DNA of 50,102 nucleotides, taken from assembly GCA_964022095.1 (NCBI GenBank), contig CAXHZO010000018.1:1-50102 (forward strand). Direction: 5' to 3'. This DNA is from an uncultured Arcobacteraceae bacterium. Its GTDB lineage: Bacteria > Campylobacterota > Campylobacteria > Campylobacterales > Arcobacteraceae. The position numbers and the translations under genes were made by a program. Below, one piece after another: positions 38,986 through 48,688 of this stretch (its first letter is position 1; every line of letters begins with the position of its first letter). The notes below the pieces were generated by a model, which worked only from the letters and a program-made list of their open reading frames with translations, was not told where the DNA came from and did no database searches.

Positions 38986-39296
38986 AGTTAATCTCCTTAT
39001 TAAAATTTAGAAAACTTTATCACAGTAAATATAAAATTAACTTTAAAAGTTAACTATTCTCATTTTCAACTAATGCAATGTGTAAAACTATTCTTATTTG
39101 TTACATATTTAATTAGATGTATTAGTAGTTTTTCTTAAGTTATATATTATATATGACTTAAAGGATAAAATTTATCTTATGATAAATTTTAGCTTAAATT
39201 TTAAAATTTAAGTTCTTTACAAGTTTAAAGTAACTCATTTTAGTATATAATTACACTACATAACAAAAAAATTAATAAAACAAAAGGAATTAAATT

Positions 39297-39893
39297 ATGT
39301 TAGTAACTAAAAAAGCTCCAGATTTCACAGCTACAGCTGTATTAGCAGATGGTCAAATTGTAGAAAATTTTAACTTATATGAAAACATCGGTGAAAAAGG
39401 TGCGGTAGTATTTTTCTATCCATTAGACTTCACATTTGTATGTCCATCTGAAATTATTGCATTCTCTAAAAGAATTGAAGAATTCGAATCAAGAGGTGTT
39501 TCTGTGATTGGTGTTTCAGTTGATTCTCAATTCTCACACTTTGCATGGAGAGAAACTCCAGTTGAAAATGGTGGTATTGGAAGAATTAAATATCCATTAG
39601 TAGCAGATTTATCTAAACAAATTTCTAAAGACTTCGACGTATTATTTGGTGAATCAGTTGCATTAAGAGGTTCTTTCTTATTAGATTCTGATGGAACTGT
39701 AAGACACGCAGTAATTAATGACTTACCATTAGGAAGAAACATTGATGAAATGATTAGAATGGTAGATACAATGTTATTTACAAATGAGCACGGTGAAGTT
39801 TGTCCTGCAGGATGGAACAAAGGTGACGAAGGTATGAAGCCAAACACTGATGGTGTTGCTGAATACTTAGGTAAAAACGAAGGTAACTTATAA
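39297..39893 (+). CDS. ahpC: 2-Cys peroxiredoxin (alkyl hydroperoxide reductase C)
   Basis: Motifs FYPLDFTFVCPSE and GEVCPAGW. Confidence 0.96.
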   Translation: MLVTKKAPDFTATAVLADGQIVENFNLYENIGEKGAVVFFYPLDFTFVCPSEIIAFSKRIEEFESRGVSVIGVSVDSQFSHFAWRETPVENGGIGRIKYPLVADLSKQISKDFDVLFGESVALRGSFLLDSDGTVRHAVINDLPLGRNIDEMIRMVDTMLFTNEHGEVCPAGWNKGDEGMKPNTDGVAEYLGKNEGNL

Positions 39894-39918
39894 TCCTTAA
39901 ATAGTTTTTACTATATAT

Positions 39919-39954
39919 ATGAGCATCAATATATTTGGTGCTCATCCTCTTTTA
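39919..39954 (+). terminator. Probable ahpC terminator
   Basis: ATGAGCAtCAA...TTGGTGCTCAT hairpin followed by a pyrimidine tract. Confidence 0.6.
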
Positions 39955-39983
39955 TTGACAAAAAGTCAAATAAACACTAAAAT
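39955..39983 (+). promoter_or_regulatory. Sigma70-type promoter for rho
   Basis: TTGACA (39955-39960), 17-nt spacer, TAAAAT (39978-39983). Confidence 0.7.
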
Positions 39984-40069
39984 TACACGATTACTTAAAT
40001 AACTACAAAAAAGAACTACAACACTACATAACTTATATATGTAAAATACACAAAAGGTAAAAAAAACTC

Positions 40070-41392
40070 ATGGAAGAGTCAAAAACTCAAACTCAGAATA
40101 AAAAAACAAAAAAAACAAGAACACATATTCCTGTTGAGGGATACAAAATTGAACAATTAAGAGAACTTCCTTTAGAAGAACTTTTAACTATTGCAAAAGA
40201 GCTTGATATCGAAAATCCACAAGAGCTAAAAAGACAAGATTTAATGTTTAATATCTTGAAGTATCAAATAGATGCTGGTGGATTTATTTTATTTACGGGA
40301 ATTTTAGAGATTAAAGATGGCGGATTTGGTTTTTTAAGAGCTATTGATGGGAACTTCTCTGATACTTCAAATGATTCTTATGTAAGTGCAACACAAATTA
40401 GAAAGTTTGCTTTAAGAACAGGTGATATAGTTACAGGACAAGTTAGACCTCCAAACAAAGATAGTGAAAAGTATAATGCTTTATTAAAAATTGAAGCAAT
40501 AAATTACTTACCTGTTAAAGAGTCGAAAAACAGACCACTATTTGATAACTTAACTCCTTTATATTCAACTGATAGATTCAAATTCGAATTTGAAGCAAAT
40601 AAAATGACAGGTAGAATGTTGGATTTATTTGCACCCATGGGAAAAGGTCAAAGAGGATTAATTGTAGCACCTCCTAAAACTGGTAAAACAGAATTATTAA
40701 AAGAATTGGCTCATGGTATTACTAAAAATCATCCAGATGTAAGTTTAATGGTTTTACTAATTGATGAAAGACCAGAAGAAGTTACTGATATGCAAAGAAG
40801 TGTAAAGGGTGAAGTTTATAGTTCTACTTTCGATTTACCTGCACATAATCATGTTAGAGTTGCTGAAATAGTTATTGAAAAAGCAAAAAGACTAGTAGAG
40901 ATGAAAAAAGATGTAGTTATCTTATTAGATTCTATTACAAGATTAGCAAGAGCATACAATACTGTAACTCCAAGTTCTGGAAAAGTACTTTCAGGTGGTG
41001 TTGATGCAAATGCTTTACATAAGCCAAAAAGATTTTTTGGAGCTGCTAGAAATATAGAAGAGGGTGGTAGTTTAACTATTATCTCAACTGCATTAATTGA
41101 AACTGGTTCAAAAATGGATGAAGTGATTTTTGAAGAGTTTAAAGGTACAGGTAATAGTGAAGTTGTATTATCTAGAGATGCAGCTAATAAAAGAGTTTAT
41201 CCAGCGTTAGATATTACTAAATCTGGTACTAGAAAAGAGGAATTATTATTAACTCCTGATATTTTACAGAAAACTTGGATTTTAAGAAATGCAATTGCTT
41301 CAATGAATGAAGTTGAAGCATTGAAATTCTTATATTCAAAAATGAAAAAAACTGATAATAACGAAGAGTTCTTCGCTTCAATGAATGAATAA
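40070..41392 (+). CDS. rho: Transcription termination factor Rho
   Basis: Motifs [47 protein letters not shown] and EEFKGTGN. Confidence 0.98.
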   Translation: MEESKTQTQNKKTKKTRTHIPVEGYKIEQLRELPLEELLTIAKELDIENPQELKRQDLMFNILKYQIDAGGFILFTGILEIKDGGFGFLRAIDGNFSDTSNDSYVSATQIRKFALRTGDIVTGQVRPPNKDSEKYNALLKIEAINYLPVKESKNRPLFDNLTPLYSTDRFKFEFEANKMTGRMLDLFAPMGKGQRGLIVAPPKTGKTELLKELAHGITKNHPDVSLMVLLIDERPEEVTDMQRSVKGEVYSSTFDLPAHNHVRVAEIVIEKAKRLVEMKKDVVILLDSITRLARAYNTVTPSSGKVLSGGVDANALHKPKRFFGAARNIEEGGSLTIISTALIETGSKMDEVIFEEFKGTGNSEVVLSRDAANKRVYPALDITKSGTRKEELLLTPDILQKTWILRNAIASMNEVEALKFLYSKMKKTDNNEEFFASMNE

Positions 41393-41422
41393 AAAAGTGT
41401 TTGAGAAATCAAACACTTTTTT
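41391..41422. terminator. Bidirectional intrinsic terminator
   Basis: AAAAAAGTGTTTGA-gaaa-TCAAACACTTTTTT. Confidence 0.87.
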
Positions 41423-41520
41423 TACGAATTGTCTTTAACAACTAGCTTTACTAACCAACTAGCTCCTGCAAACATAAGTAATCCCGCAACTACAAATAGA
41501 AATATTTCAGTCAAAAACAT
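41422..41520 (-). CDS. Putative 32-aa single-TM microprotein (not in ORF track)
   Basis: MFLTEIFLFVVAGLLMFAGASWLVKLVVKDNS; AAGGA 6 nt upstream of the ATG; TACAAT -10 near 41560-41565; ends at the bidirectional terminator. Confidence 0.7.
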   Translation of the reverse strand: MFLTEIFLFVVAGLLMFAGASWLVKLVVKDNS

Positions 41521-41536
41521 GCTTTATCCTTTATAA

Positions 41537-41552
41537 ATGAATAGTCATTCAT
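41537..41552. promoter_or_regulatory. Palindromic operator candidate ATGAAT-N4-ATTCAT
   Basis: Perfect 6+6 palindrome between the -10 and the RBS of the microprotein gene. Confidence 0.5.
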
Positions 41553-41601
41553 AAAAAGAATTGTAGATAAATTATCTTTAATTTTATATTAAAAATTTAA
41601 A

Positions 41602-42261
41602 TTAATTAGTAAAAGCATATGTATACTCTTTTACTCTATAATCAAAGGTAGTATATTTAGGATTATCTAATTTTAATTTCTTATACATCGCAGTTGCCCC
41701 AATACTTCTATTTGCAGCATTTGAAGGTGAAGTTAAACTATAAAGTTTTATAACTCTACTATTTAATAAAAGCTTATGAACCCTAATATTGTCATTTTCT
41801 ATAGGAGTAATTTGTAAATTTAGTTCTTTTATAACTTTTCTAAAAAAATATTCTGGACCATTTTTACTATTTTTTCCAGTAAAGATTATTTTATCAATAT
41901 TTGGACTGTTTTTTATATATCCAATTATATCTCTTAATTTTATATTTCTCATTCCTAAATCACTTGCATCAATCTTTTCTCTATTGCATGATTCAACAAT
42001 ATCACAAATACCAATATAATGCTTATTTAAAAAATCTTTTCTTTGCTTAATTGCATTTATTGAATTATTATAATCTAAATTTAAATTAAATATTTTATCT
42101 AGTGCTGGCCAAAGTAAATTATCCTTTGAACCATAACAAAAATCTACATCACTTTTTTTAAAGTTTTTTTCACAAAACCTAGGAGGTGGAAGGGTTCCTA
42201 CAATTAATGTTTTAGTGTTATTGTTTATATATGGCCTGTATGGATGGAAGTGGAAAAACAA
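41602..42261 (-). CDS. Uracil-DNA glycosylase superfamily protein (Mug-like)
   Basis: Motifs HPY.P, LIVGTLPP, YGS.DN.LW, IGICDIV and LTSPS; TTG start. Confidence 0.8.
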   Translation of the reverse strand: MFFHFHPYRPYINNNTKTLIVGTLPPPRFCEKNFKKSDVDFCYGSKDNLLWPALDKIFNLNLDYNNSINAIKQRKDFLNKHYIGICDIVESCNREKIDASDLGMRNIKLRDIIGYIKNSPNIDKIIFTGKNSKNGPEYFFRKVIKELNLQITPIENDNIRVHKLLLNSRVIKLYSLTSPSNAANRSIGATAMYKKLKLDNPKYTTFDYRVKEYTYAFTN

Positions 42262-42351
42262 AAAAATGCCTTTGATTTAATTATAGGTTATTTTAACATA
42301 TTAGTTATTTCTTTTTTGATATAATCTAATAAATTTAACATAAGGTAGAAG

Positions 42352-43137
42352 TTGAAAGTAGGTGTATTTGATTCTGGACTTGGTGGACTAACAGTTGTGA
42401 AAGCAATTGCTGAAGTTCTAAAAGGTTCAGATCTTTTTTATATTGCTGATACTGCATTTGCTCCTTATGGAGAGAAGTCTGTAACTCAAATATTAAATAG
42501 ATGTGATTTTATAACACAATATTTAATTGATACTCGTGATATTGATGCACTTGTTGTTGCATGCAATACTGCAACTTCTGCAGCTATTGTTCATCTAAGA
42601 CAGAAGTTTCCAAGCTTGATAATAGTAGGAACAGAACCAGGTATTAAACCTGCACTTAATGGTACTCAAAGTTCTAAAATTGGTGTTTTAGCAACTCCTG
42701 CTACATTGAAAGGTACTAAATATCAACTTTTAGTAAATGAACTTTCTTTAAGTCAAAAGATTGAATTATTTGAGTGTGCATGTGTTGGTTTAGTTGAACA
42801 AATAGAAAATGGTGATTTATCTTCACCACAAACTTATAATATGATGAATAAATGGCTAAAACCAATGAAAGATGCAGGTGTTGATAGTATTGTTTTAGGT
42901 TGTACTCATTATCCTTTGGTATCAAAAGTTATAAAAGATATTATGGGTGAAGGTATAAATTTAATTGAAACTGGAGTTGCAATCGCAAATAGACTTATGA
43001 GTTTAAGTCAAAAAATAAAACATAAAAATGAAGGTGATTTATCAATTGAGATTTGTCACACCGGAAAAATAAACAATCAAATGATAGAAAAAATATTAGA
43101 TGGTAAAAAAATATATATTAGGAAGTGTGAGATATGA
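42352..43137 (+). CDS. murI: Glutamate racemase
   Basis: Motifs GVFDSGLGGL, PYGEK, VACNTA and LGCTHYP. Confidence 0.97.
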   Translation: MKVGVFDSGLGGLTVVKAIAEVLKGSDLFYIADTAFAPYGEKSVTQILNRCDFITQYLIDTRDIDALVVACNTATSAAIVHLRQKFPSLIIVGTEPGIKPALNGTQSSKIGVLATPATLKGTKYQLLVNELSLSQKIELFECACVGLVEQIENGDLSSPQTYNMMNKWLKPMKDAGVDSIVLGCTHYPLVSKVIKDIMGEGINLIETGVAIANRLMSLSQKIKHKNEGDLSIEICHTGKINNQMIEKILDGKKIYIRKCEI

Positions 43138-45131
43138 GCGAACAAATAGAAAAAAGAGTTTTAGCATTAAAATATAGACCAAGAAGGTTCGAAGATTTAG
43201 TTGGACAAAGTACTGTTTCTCAAACTTTATCTTTAGCCCTTGATTCAAATAGACTTTCACATGCTTATCTTTTTAGTGGTTTAAGAGGAAGTGGAAAAAC
43301 AAGTACTGCTAGAATTATGGCAAAAGCACTATTATGTTCAGACGGTCCTACTTCAAAACCTTGTGAAGTTTGTGATAATTGTGTAAGTGCAAATACAAAT
43401 AGACACTTAGATATTATTGAAATGGATGCAGCATCAAATAGAGGTATTGATGATATTAAAGATTTAATTGAGCATACAAAATATAAACCAAGTAGCGCTA
43501 GATTTAAAGTTTTTATTATCGATGAAGTTCATATGCTTACAACTCAAGCTTTTAATGCACTTTTAAAAACATTAGAAGAACCTCCAGGCTTTGTAAAGTT
43601 TATTTTAGCAACTACAGACCCACTTAAACTTCCTGCAACTATTCTTTCAAGAACTCAGCATTTTAGATTTAATAAAATTGCTCAAAATGATGTAATTCAT
43701 CATTTATCACATATTTTAAATGAAGAGAATATTGAGTTTGATGAGGATTCATTAGAGATTCTTTCACGAACAGGACAAGGAAGTTTAAGGGATACACTAA
43801 CTTTACTTGACCAAGCAATTATTTTTTCAAAAGGTAGAATATCAACTTCAAGTGTAGTTGACATGCTTGGTTTAATTGATCCAAAAGTAATGGATAATAT
43901 TTTCTCTACTATACTAAATAAAGGTGATATAAATCCAATTGTAAAAGAACTTGAAGTTTATGAAGTATCACAGATTTGTGATGAAATGACTATATATTTA
44001 AAAGATAAAATGATAAGTAAAGATCCTAGATTTGACTTGTTACTATTTGATAGGTTCTTTAGGGTATTAAGTGATGCAAAACATCTTTTATCTATGAATT
44101 CAGATAGTGGATTTGTATTATTATTAACATTGATGAAAATGCTTGAAGCAACAAATATTAAAACAATTGATGAAATAATTAATCAAGTTGAAAATGTTCC
44201 TACAAAAGAAGTTACTCCAAGTACTGTAACTAAACAAGTTGAAAATGTAGGTATTGAAAAGCAAGAAGTAGTTCAAGAGACAAAAATAGAAGAAGCAACA
44301 CCAGCAGATATTGCTATGGCAAATAGTGTTATTGATTTAGGTGTAGTTGATGCAATTGAAACTGTAACACCTTTTGAGCAAGAAGCACAAATCCCTGATG
44401 TAAAAGAAAAAGAACCTGAAGATAAAATAGAAGATTCTTTCTCAACACCATTTGATGCTACACCATTTGATGACGTTCCTGAAACACCTGTTACCCCAGA
44501 AGTAAAAGAAGATATTCCAAAAGTAGATAAACAGCCACAAACAAATGAAATTGTTCAAGAGGTTATTGAACAACAAGTTAGCGTGAATACTAATGAAGAG
44601 ATAGAAGTTGTTGCATTACAAGAGGTTCAAGATGATCCTAGCGTTGAGTTATATGAGCAGTTAACTGCTAAAATATATGATAGAGATTTTGCACTTGGTG
44701 AGTGTTTTGAGAAGAATTTTATTTATAATGGATTTGAAAATAAGAAGTTAAATATAATCTCTTATGCTCAAGAAGATGATAGAAAGTTTTTATATAAACA
44801 TTTTGGTGTTATAAAAACATTTGCACTTGATATCTTTGGCCATGATATTGAGTTAGATTTTAAAAAGGAGGAGCCCTCCGTATTAGAATCAGCGCAAAAT
44901 AACTCTAATGAAAATGAATTAGTAAGCGAAGATAATAATTCAAATGATAGCGGTTCGATGATTGAAGATGTAGAAGTTGGATCAGGTTGTGTTGCAGATA
45001 TGCAAAAAACTGCAAATCCAAGCCTATCTCAAAGAGAGTTAGAGTTAAATGATATTATAAACTCTAAAATGCTTGATAAAGCAAAAGAGTTACTTGATGT
45101 TAGAAAGATTACAGTAAAAACAAGAAGTTAA
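43134..45131 (+). CDS. dnaX: DNA polymerase III subunit gamma/tau
   Basis: Motifs LALKYRP, GLRGSGKTS, Zn-module Cys, IIDEVHML, NALLKTLEEPP and GSLRD; long acidic linker. Confidence 0.96.
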   Translation: MSEQIEKRVLALKYRPRRFEDLVGQSTVSQTLSLALDSNRLSHAYLFSGLRGSGKTSTARIMAKALLCSDGPTSKPCEVCDNCVSANTNRHLDIIEMDAASNRGIDDIKDLIEHTKYKPSSARFKVFIIDEVHMLTTQAFNALLKTLEEPPGFVKFILATTDPLKLPATILSRTQHFRFNKIAQNDVIHHLSHILNEENIEFDEDSLEILSRTGQGSLRDTLTLLDQAIIFSKGRISTSSVVDMLGLIDPKVMDNIFSTILNKGDINPIVKELEVYEVSQICDEMTIYLKDKMISKDPRFDLLLFDRFFRVLSDAKHLLSMNSDSGFVLLLTLMKMLEATNIKTIDEIINQVENVPTKEVTPSTVTKQVENVGIEKQEVVQETKIEEATPADIAMANSVIDLGVVDAIETVTPFEQEAQIPDVKEKEPEDKIEDSFSTPFDATPFDDVPETPVTPEVKEDIPKVDKQPQTNEIVQEVIEQQVSVNTNEEIEVVALQEVQDDPSVELYEQLTAKIYDRDFALGECFEKNFIYNGFENKKLNIISYAQEDDRKFLYKHFGVIKTFALDIFGHDIELDFKKEEPSVLESAQNNSNENELVSEDNNSNDSGSMIEDVEVGSGCVADMQKTANPSLSQRELELNDIINSKMLDKAKELLDVRKITVKTRS

Positions 45132-45196
45132 ATTATTAACTATTGATTAATACAAAATCGATACACTAATTTCAAATATATAAAAGGAATAAAAAT

Positions 45197-46027
45197 ATGA
45201 ATAAAGTTTCGAAGATACTATCAGTTAGTATTTTATTAGCAACAACACTATTAGCAAATGATGAAAGTGTAATTAAATTTGAAAAAAATAGAATTTCTCA
45301 AAATCCAAATGTAAAAGTAGAAGATATAAAAATCAATACTAAAAAAGCATTGCCTCTTGATGGTTGGAATGGGTATATTTTAGATGTTAAAGCAAATGTT
45401 GGTGGAAAAAATATTAATGCAAAAGATATTGTATTTTCAAATGGAAAATATATAGCCTTAGATTTAATTGATTCATCAAATGGAAAATCATTAAAAGATT
45501 TAGTGACTCCTAATGTAACTTCTAAATACTATGATAAATCAAAATTAATTGCAGGAACACATGATGCTAAAGATAAAATCGTAGTATTCTCAGATCCTTT
45601 ATGTCCATTCTGTATGGATTATATTCCAGATGTAATTAAGCATGTAAATAAAAATTCTGATTCAATTGCATTATACTATTATCATTTCCCATTATTAAGA
45701 CTACATCCAGCAGCAGGTCCACTATCAAAGATTATGGATGTTGCTAAGCATAAGGGTATGAAAAATATTGAATTAAAAGTATATGAAGCTGATTGGGATA
45801 AATACTTTACATCAAAAACTACAGATGAAAAGAAAATATTAGAAGGATTTAATAAAGAGTTTAAAACAGATATTAAACTAAGTGAAATCCAAGATAAAAA
45901 AGTACAATCTTTAATCGATAGTGATATAAAAATGGGTGAAGATGTTATGGTTCAAGGAACACCAACTATTTTTGTAAATGGTGTAAAAGATGCTATGAAA
46001 GTAAAATATTTAGAACTTGGAAAATAA
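45197..46027 (+). CDS. Exported thioredoxin-fold DsbA/DsbC/DsbG-like oxidoreductase
   Basis: Signal peptide, FSDPLCPFC (CxxC), HFPL..LHP and VQGTPTIFVNG. Confidence 0.88.
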   Translation: MNKVSKILSVSILLATTLLANDESVIKFEKNRISQNPNVKVEDIKINTKKALPLDGWNGYILDVKANVGGKNINAKDIVFSNGKYIALDLIDSSNGKSLKDLVTPNVTSKYYDKSKLIAGTHDAKDKIVVFSDPLCPFCMDYIPDVIKHVNKNSDSIALYYYHFPLLRLHPAAGPLSKIMDVAKHKGMKNIELKVYEADWDKYFTSKTTDEKKILEGFNKEFKTDIKLSEIQDKKVQSLIDSDIKMGEDVMVQGTPTIFVNGVKDAMKVKYLELGK

Positions 46028-46042
46028 AACAAAAGAGGAAAC

Positions 46043-46981
46043 ATGGATAAATTAATTATTGCAACTAGAAAAAGTAAATTAGCCCTTTGGCAAAGTGAAT
46101 ATGTAAAAGCTGAACTTTTAAAACATTATCCCGATATGGAAATAGAACTAAAAGAATTCTCTACAAAAGCTGACAAGATACTTGATGTACCTTTGGCTAA
46201 AATTGGAGGTAAAGGTCTTTTTACAAAAGAGTTAGAAATTGCACTTGCAAGCAAAGAAGCTGATATTGCAGTACATAGTTTAAAAGATGTTCCTGTTACA
46301 TTTGAAGAAGGTTTTGTTTTAGCTGCACTTTCTAAAAGATTTGATCCAAGGGATGCTTTTTTAAGTGAAAAATATACAAGTATTAATGACTTACCACAAG
46401 GTGCAGTTATTGGAACTACTAGTTTAAGAAGAAGATTAGAAATAAAACTTTTAAGACCAGATGTTAAACTAAAAGATTTAAGAGGTAATATTAATACTAG
46501 AATTGCTAAATTAAAAGCAGGGGAATATGATGCTATTATTTTAGCTGCAACGGGTGTTCAAAAACTTCAAATTGAAGATGAGGTTAAATACTTTTCTCCA
46601 ATTTCTACTGATGATATGATTCCATCAATGGGACAAGCAACATTAGGAATTGAGACTTTAGATAATCCAGAGTTAGTTCAATTATTATCTGTATTACATG
46701 ATAAAAATGGTGAAATTGAAGCAACAATTGAAAGAGATTTTGTAAGAACACTTGAGGGTGGATGTCAAGTTCCAATTGGAGTTAAAGCTACTATTTTAGA
46801 TGAGAATTCTATTGATGTAAGAGCAATTGTTGGTATGCCTGATGGTAGTGAATATATTCAAGAAGATGTAGTAGCTGATATTGAAAACTATGAAACTATT
46901 GGTAAAGAATTAGCTCAAACTTTCATAGATCAAGGTGCAAAAGAGTTACTTGCAAGAGCAGAAAAAGTAGCTTTTGAATAA
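46043..46981 (+). CDS. hemC: Hydroxymethylbilane synthase
   Basis: Motifs ATRKSKLALWQ, GGKGLFTKELE, AVHSLKDVP, LRGNI.TR and LEGGCQVP. Confidence 0.98.
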   Translation: MDKLIIATRKSKLALWQSEYVKAELLKHYPDMEIELKEFSTKADKILDVPLAKIGGKGLFTKELEIALASKEADIAVHSLKDVPVTFEEGFVLAALSKRFDPRDAFLSEKYTSINDLPQGAVIGTTSLRRRLEIKLLRPDVKLKDLRGNINTRIAKLKAGEYDAIILAATGVQKLQIEDEVKYFSPISTDDMIPSMGQATLGIETLDNPELVQLLSVLHDKNGEIEATIERDFVRTLEGGCQVPIGVKATILDENSIDVRAIVGMPDGSEYIQEDVVADIENYETIGKELAQTFIDQGAKELLARAEKVAFE

Positions 46982-47003
46982 ATTCTAATAATAAGGAGAG
47001 ATT

Positions 47004-47546
47004 ATGAGAATAAATGTAGAAGATTCATTATTTTGTTTAGTTGATGTACAAGAGAGATTATTCCCTCATGTAACTAATAATGAACAAATAGAAAAGAATT
47101 TAATTACTTTAGTTAAAGGATTAAAAGCCTTAGAAGTTCCATTTATAGTAAATGAACAGTATAAAAAAGGAATAGGTGAAACAATTCCTTCTTTAAGAGA
47201 ATTAGTTGATCTTGACCCACATTTTGAAAAAACTACTTTCTCTTGTTGTCAAAATGAACCAACAATGGAAGCTATTAAAAATGCTGGTAAAAAGTATGTG
47301 ATTGTTGCAGGAATAGAAACTCATGTTTGTGTTTTACAAACTTGTATTGATTTACTTGAAGCTGGATTAACACCAGTTTTAGTAACTGATTGTGTAACTT
47401 CTAGAAAACAAAAAGATACTGATATGGCTTTAAAAAGATTAATTCAAGCAGGAGTAGTTCCAACTACATATGAATCAATTTTATTTGAATTAACTCTAAA
47501 TGCTAAAAATCCAGTATTTAAAACAATTTCATCTTTAGTAAAATAG
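47004..47546 (+). CDS. Isochorismatase-family cysteine hydrolase
   Basis: Motifs VDVQERL, EKTTFSC and GIETHVCVLQT (Asp-Lys-Cys triad). Confidence 0.9.
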   Translation: MRINVEDSLFCLVDVQERLFPHVTNNEQIEKNLITLVKGLKALEVPFIVNEQYKKGIGETIPSLRELVDLDPHFEKTTFSCCQNEPTMEAIKNAGKKYVIVAGIETHVCVLQTCIDLLEAGLTPVLVTDCVTSRKQKDTDMALKRLIQAGVVPTTYESILFELTLNAKNPVFKTISSLVK

Positions 47547-47563
47547 GGTTACACCTATTTTAC
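47538..47563. terminator. Hairpin overlapping two convergent stop codons
   Basis: GTAAAATAGG-gttaca-CCTATTTTAC. Confidence 0.6.
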
Positions 47564-48562
47564 AATAGTATTTTTTCCTGCTTTTTTAGCTCGATACATT
47601 TTTTTATCAGCTATATTTACAATCTCAGAATAATTATTGTATGATTTATCAAATTCAACTAATCCAACACTAAGTGTTATTTCACCAAATTTTGTAGTTT
47701 TAAACTTATTAGTAGTAGCTTCCATTATTCTTGCAATATGTTCATAAGAGTAGTTTATTGGAGTATTGAGACTTATAATACAAAACTCTTCTCCTCCAAT
47801 TCTAAAAATATAGTCACTACCTTTTCTAGATTCTTTTTGTAGTACTTGAGCAAACTTTCTAAGTACTACATCTCCATCTTTATGTCCATACTTATCATTA
47901 ATACTTTTAAAATTATCGATGTCTATATATGCTAAGGTAGCATTCAAAGTATCTCTTTTTACTTGTGAAAAGATATCTGAACATATTTTTTGGAAATATC
48001 TTCTATTATTTAAAGATGTTAATGTATCAGTAATAGATAACTCTTCTAATTTTCTTCTTATCTTTTGATTTTCTTGTTCTAGTTCATGTCTTTGTAATTC
48101 AATTTCTATTTTTTTAGCAAAGATACTTACTATCTCATTTAGCTCATCTGGAATATCTCTAATTAAAGATGAATAAATTGCAATATGTCCTATACATTGT
48201 CTTTCACTATTTACTATTGGAATACCATAGAAACTTTCAAATTTTTTTTCTATTTTTTCTAAAAAACTATATTGAACATTTTGAGTGATTTTAACAATTT
48301 TATTTTCAAATACAAACTTTCCTGGAATACCTTCTAAGTCTATTATTCTTGGGACTTTTTTATCTGTTGAGTATAATACTTTGATTTTTGTAGTAGGGTT
48401 TTGATTTATAGCTTTTGTAATATAGACTAAATCTGCTTTAAATATTTTTTTTATTTCTAAAGCAGTAGCTTCAATGAATCCTTTACCTATTTTTAAAGAG
48501 GTTATTTCAACTAATGATTTTAAAATTTTGTAAGGGTCAAATTGGAAATTGTTATTACTCAA
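47555..48562 (-). CDS. GAF-like sensor / GGDEF diguanylate cyclase
   Basis: Motifs TDTLTSLNNRR, DIDNFKSINDKYGH..GD, RIGGEEF and AD..MY.AK..GKN. The N-terminal region is GAF-like (FYGIPIVN...IGHI). The start is uncertain (TTG 48562 or ATG 48616). Confidence 0.88.
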   Translation of the reverse strand: MSNNNFQFDPYKILKSLVEITSLKIGKGFIEATALEIKKIFKADLVYITKAINQNPTTKIKVLYSTDKKVPRIIDLEGIPGKFVFENKIVKITQNVQYSFLEKIEKKFESFYGIPIVNSERQCIGHIAIYSSLIRDIPDELNEIVSIFAKKIEIELQRHELEQENQKIRRKLEELSITDTLTSLNNRRYFQKICSDIFSQVKRDTLNATLAYIDIDNFKSINDKYGHKDGDVVLRKFAQVLQKESRKGSDYIFRIGGEEFCIISLNTPINYSYEHIARIMEATTNKFKTTKFGEITLSVGLVEFDKSYNNYSEIVNIADKKMYRAKKAGKNTIVK

Positions 48563-48627
48563 TATAGTTCTCTTTATTTTAAAAATTGTAATATAGTAAC
48601 AAATTAAGAGTAACATTAGGATTAAGT

Positions 48628-48685
48628 AAACCTAGAATAATCTAGGTTTTTTTAAAATAAGATAAGATATATCTTATCTTATTTA
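48628..48685. terminator. Two tandem hairpins downstream of prpF, including a perfect 32-bp palindrome
   Basis: AAACCTAGA-ataa-TCTAGGTTT (48628-48649) and AAAATAAGATAAGATA|TATCTTATCTTATTTT (48654-48685). Confidence 0.6.
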
Positions 48686-48688
48686 CTT

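Noticed and set aside
44856-44880. Possible dnaX programmed -1 frameshift site (GAT TTT AAA AAG followed by GGAGGAGCCCTCC)
   Set aside because: It has only five As, so it is not the E. coli A-AAA-AAG heptamer. The hairpin is tiny and directly adjacent, and the ORF is intact. Too weak without Ribo-seq.
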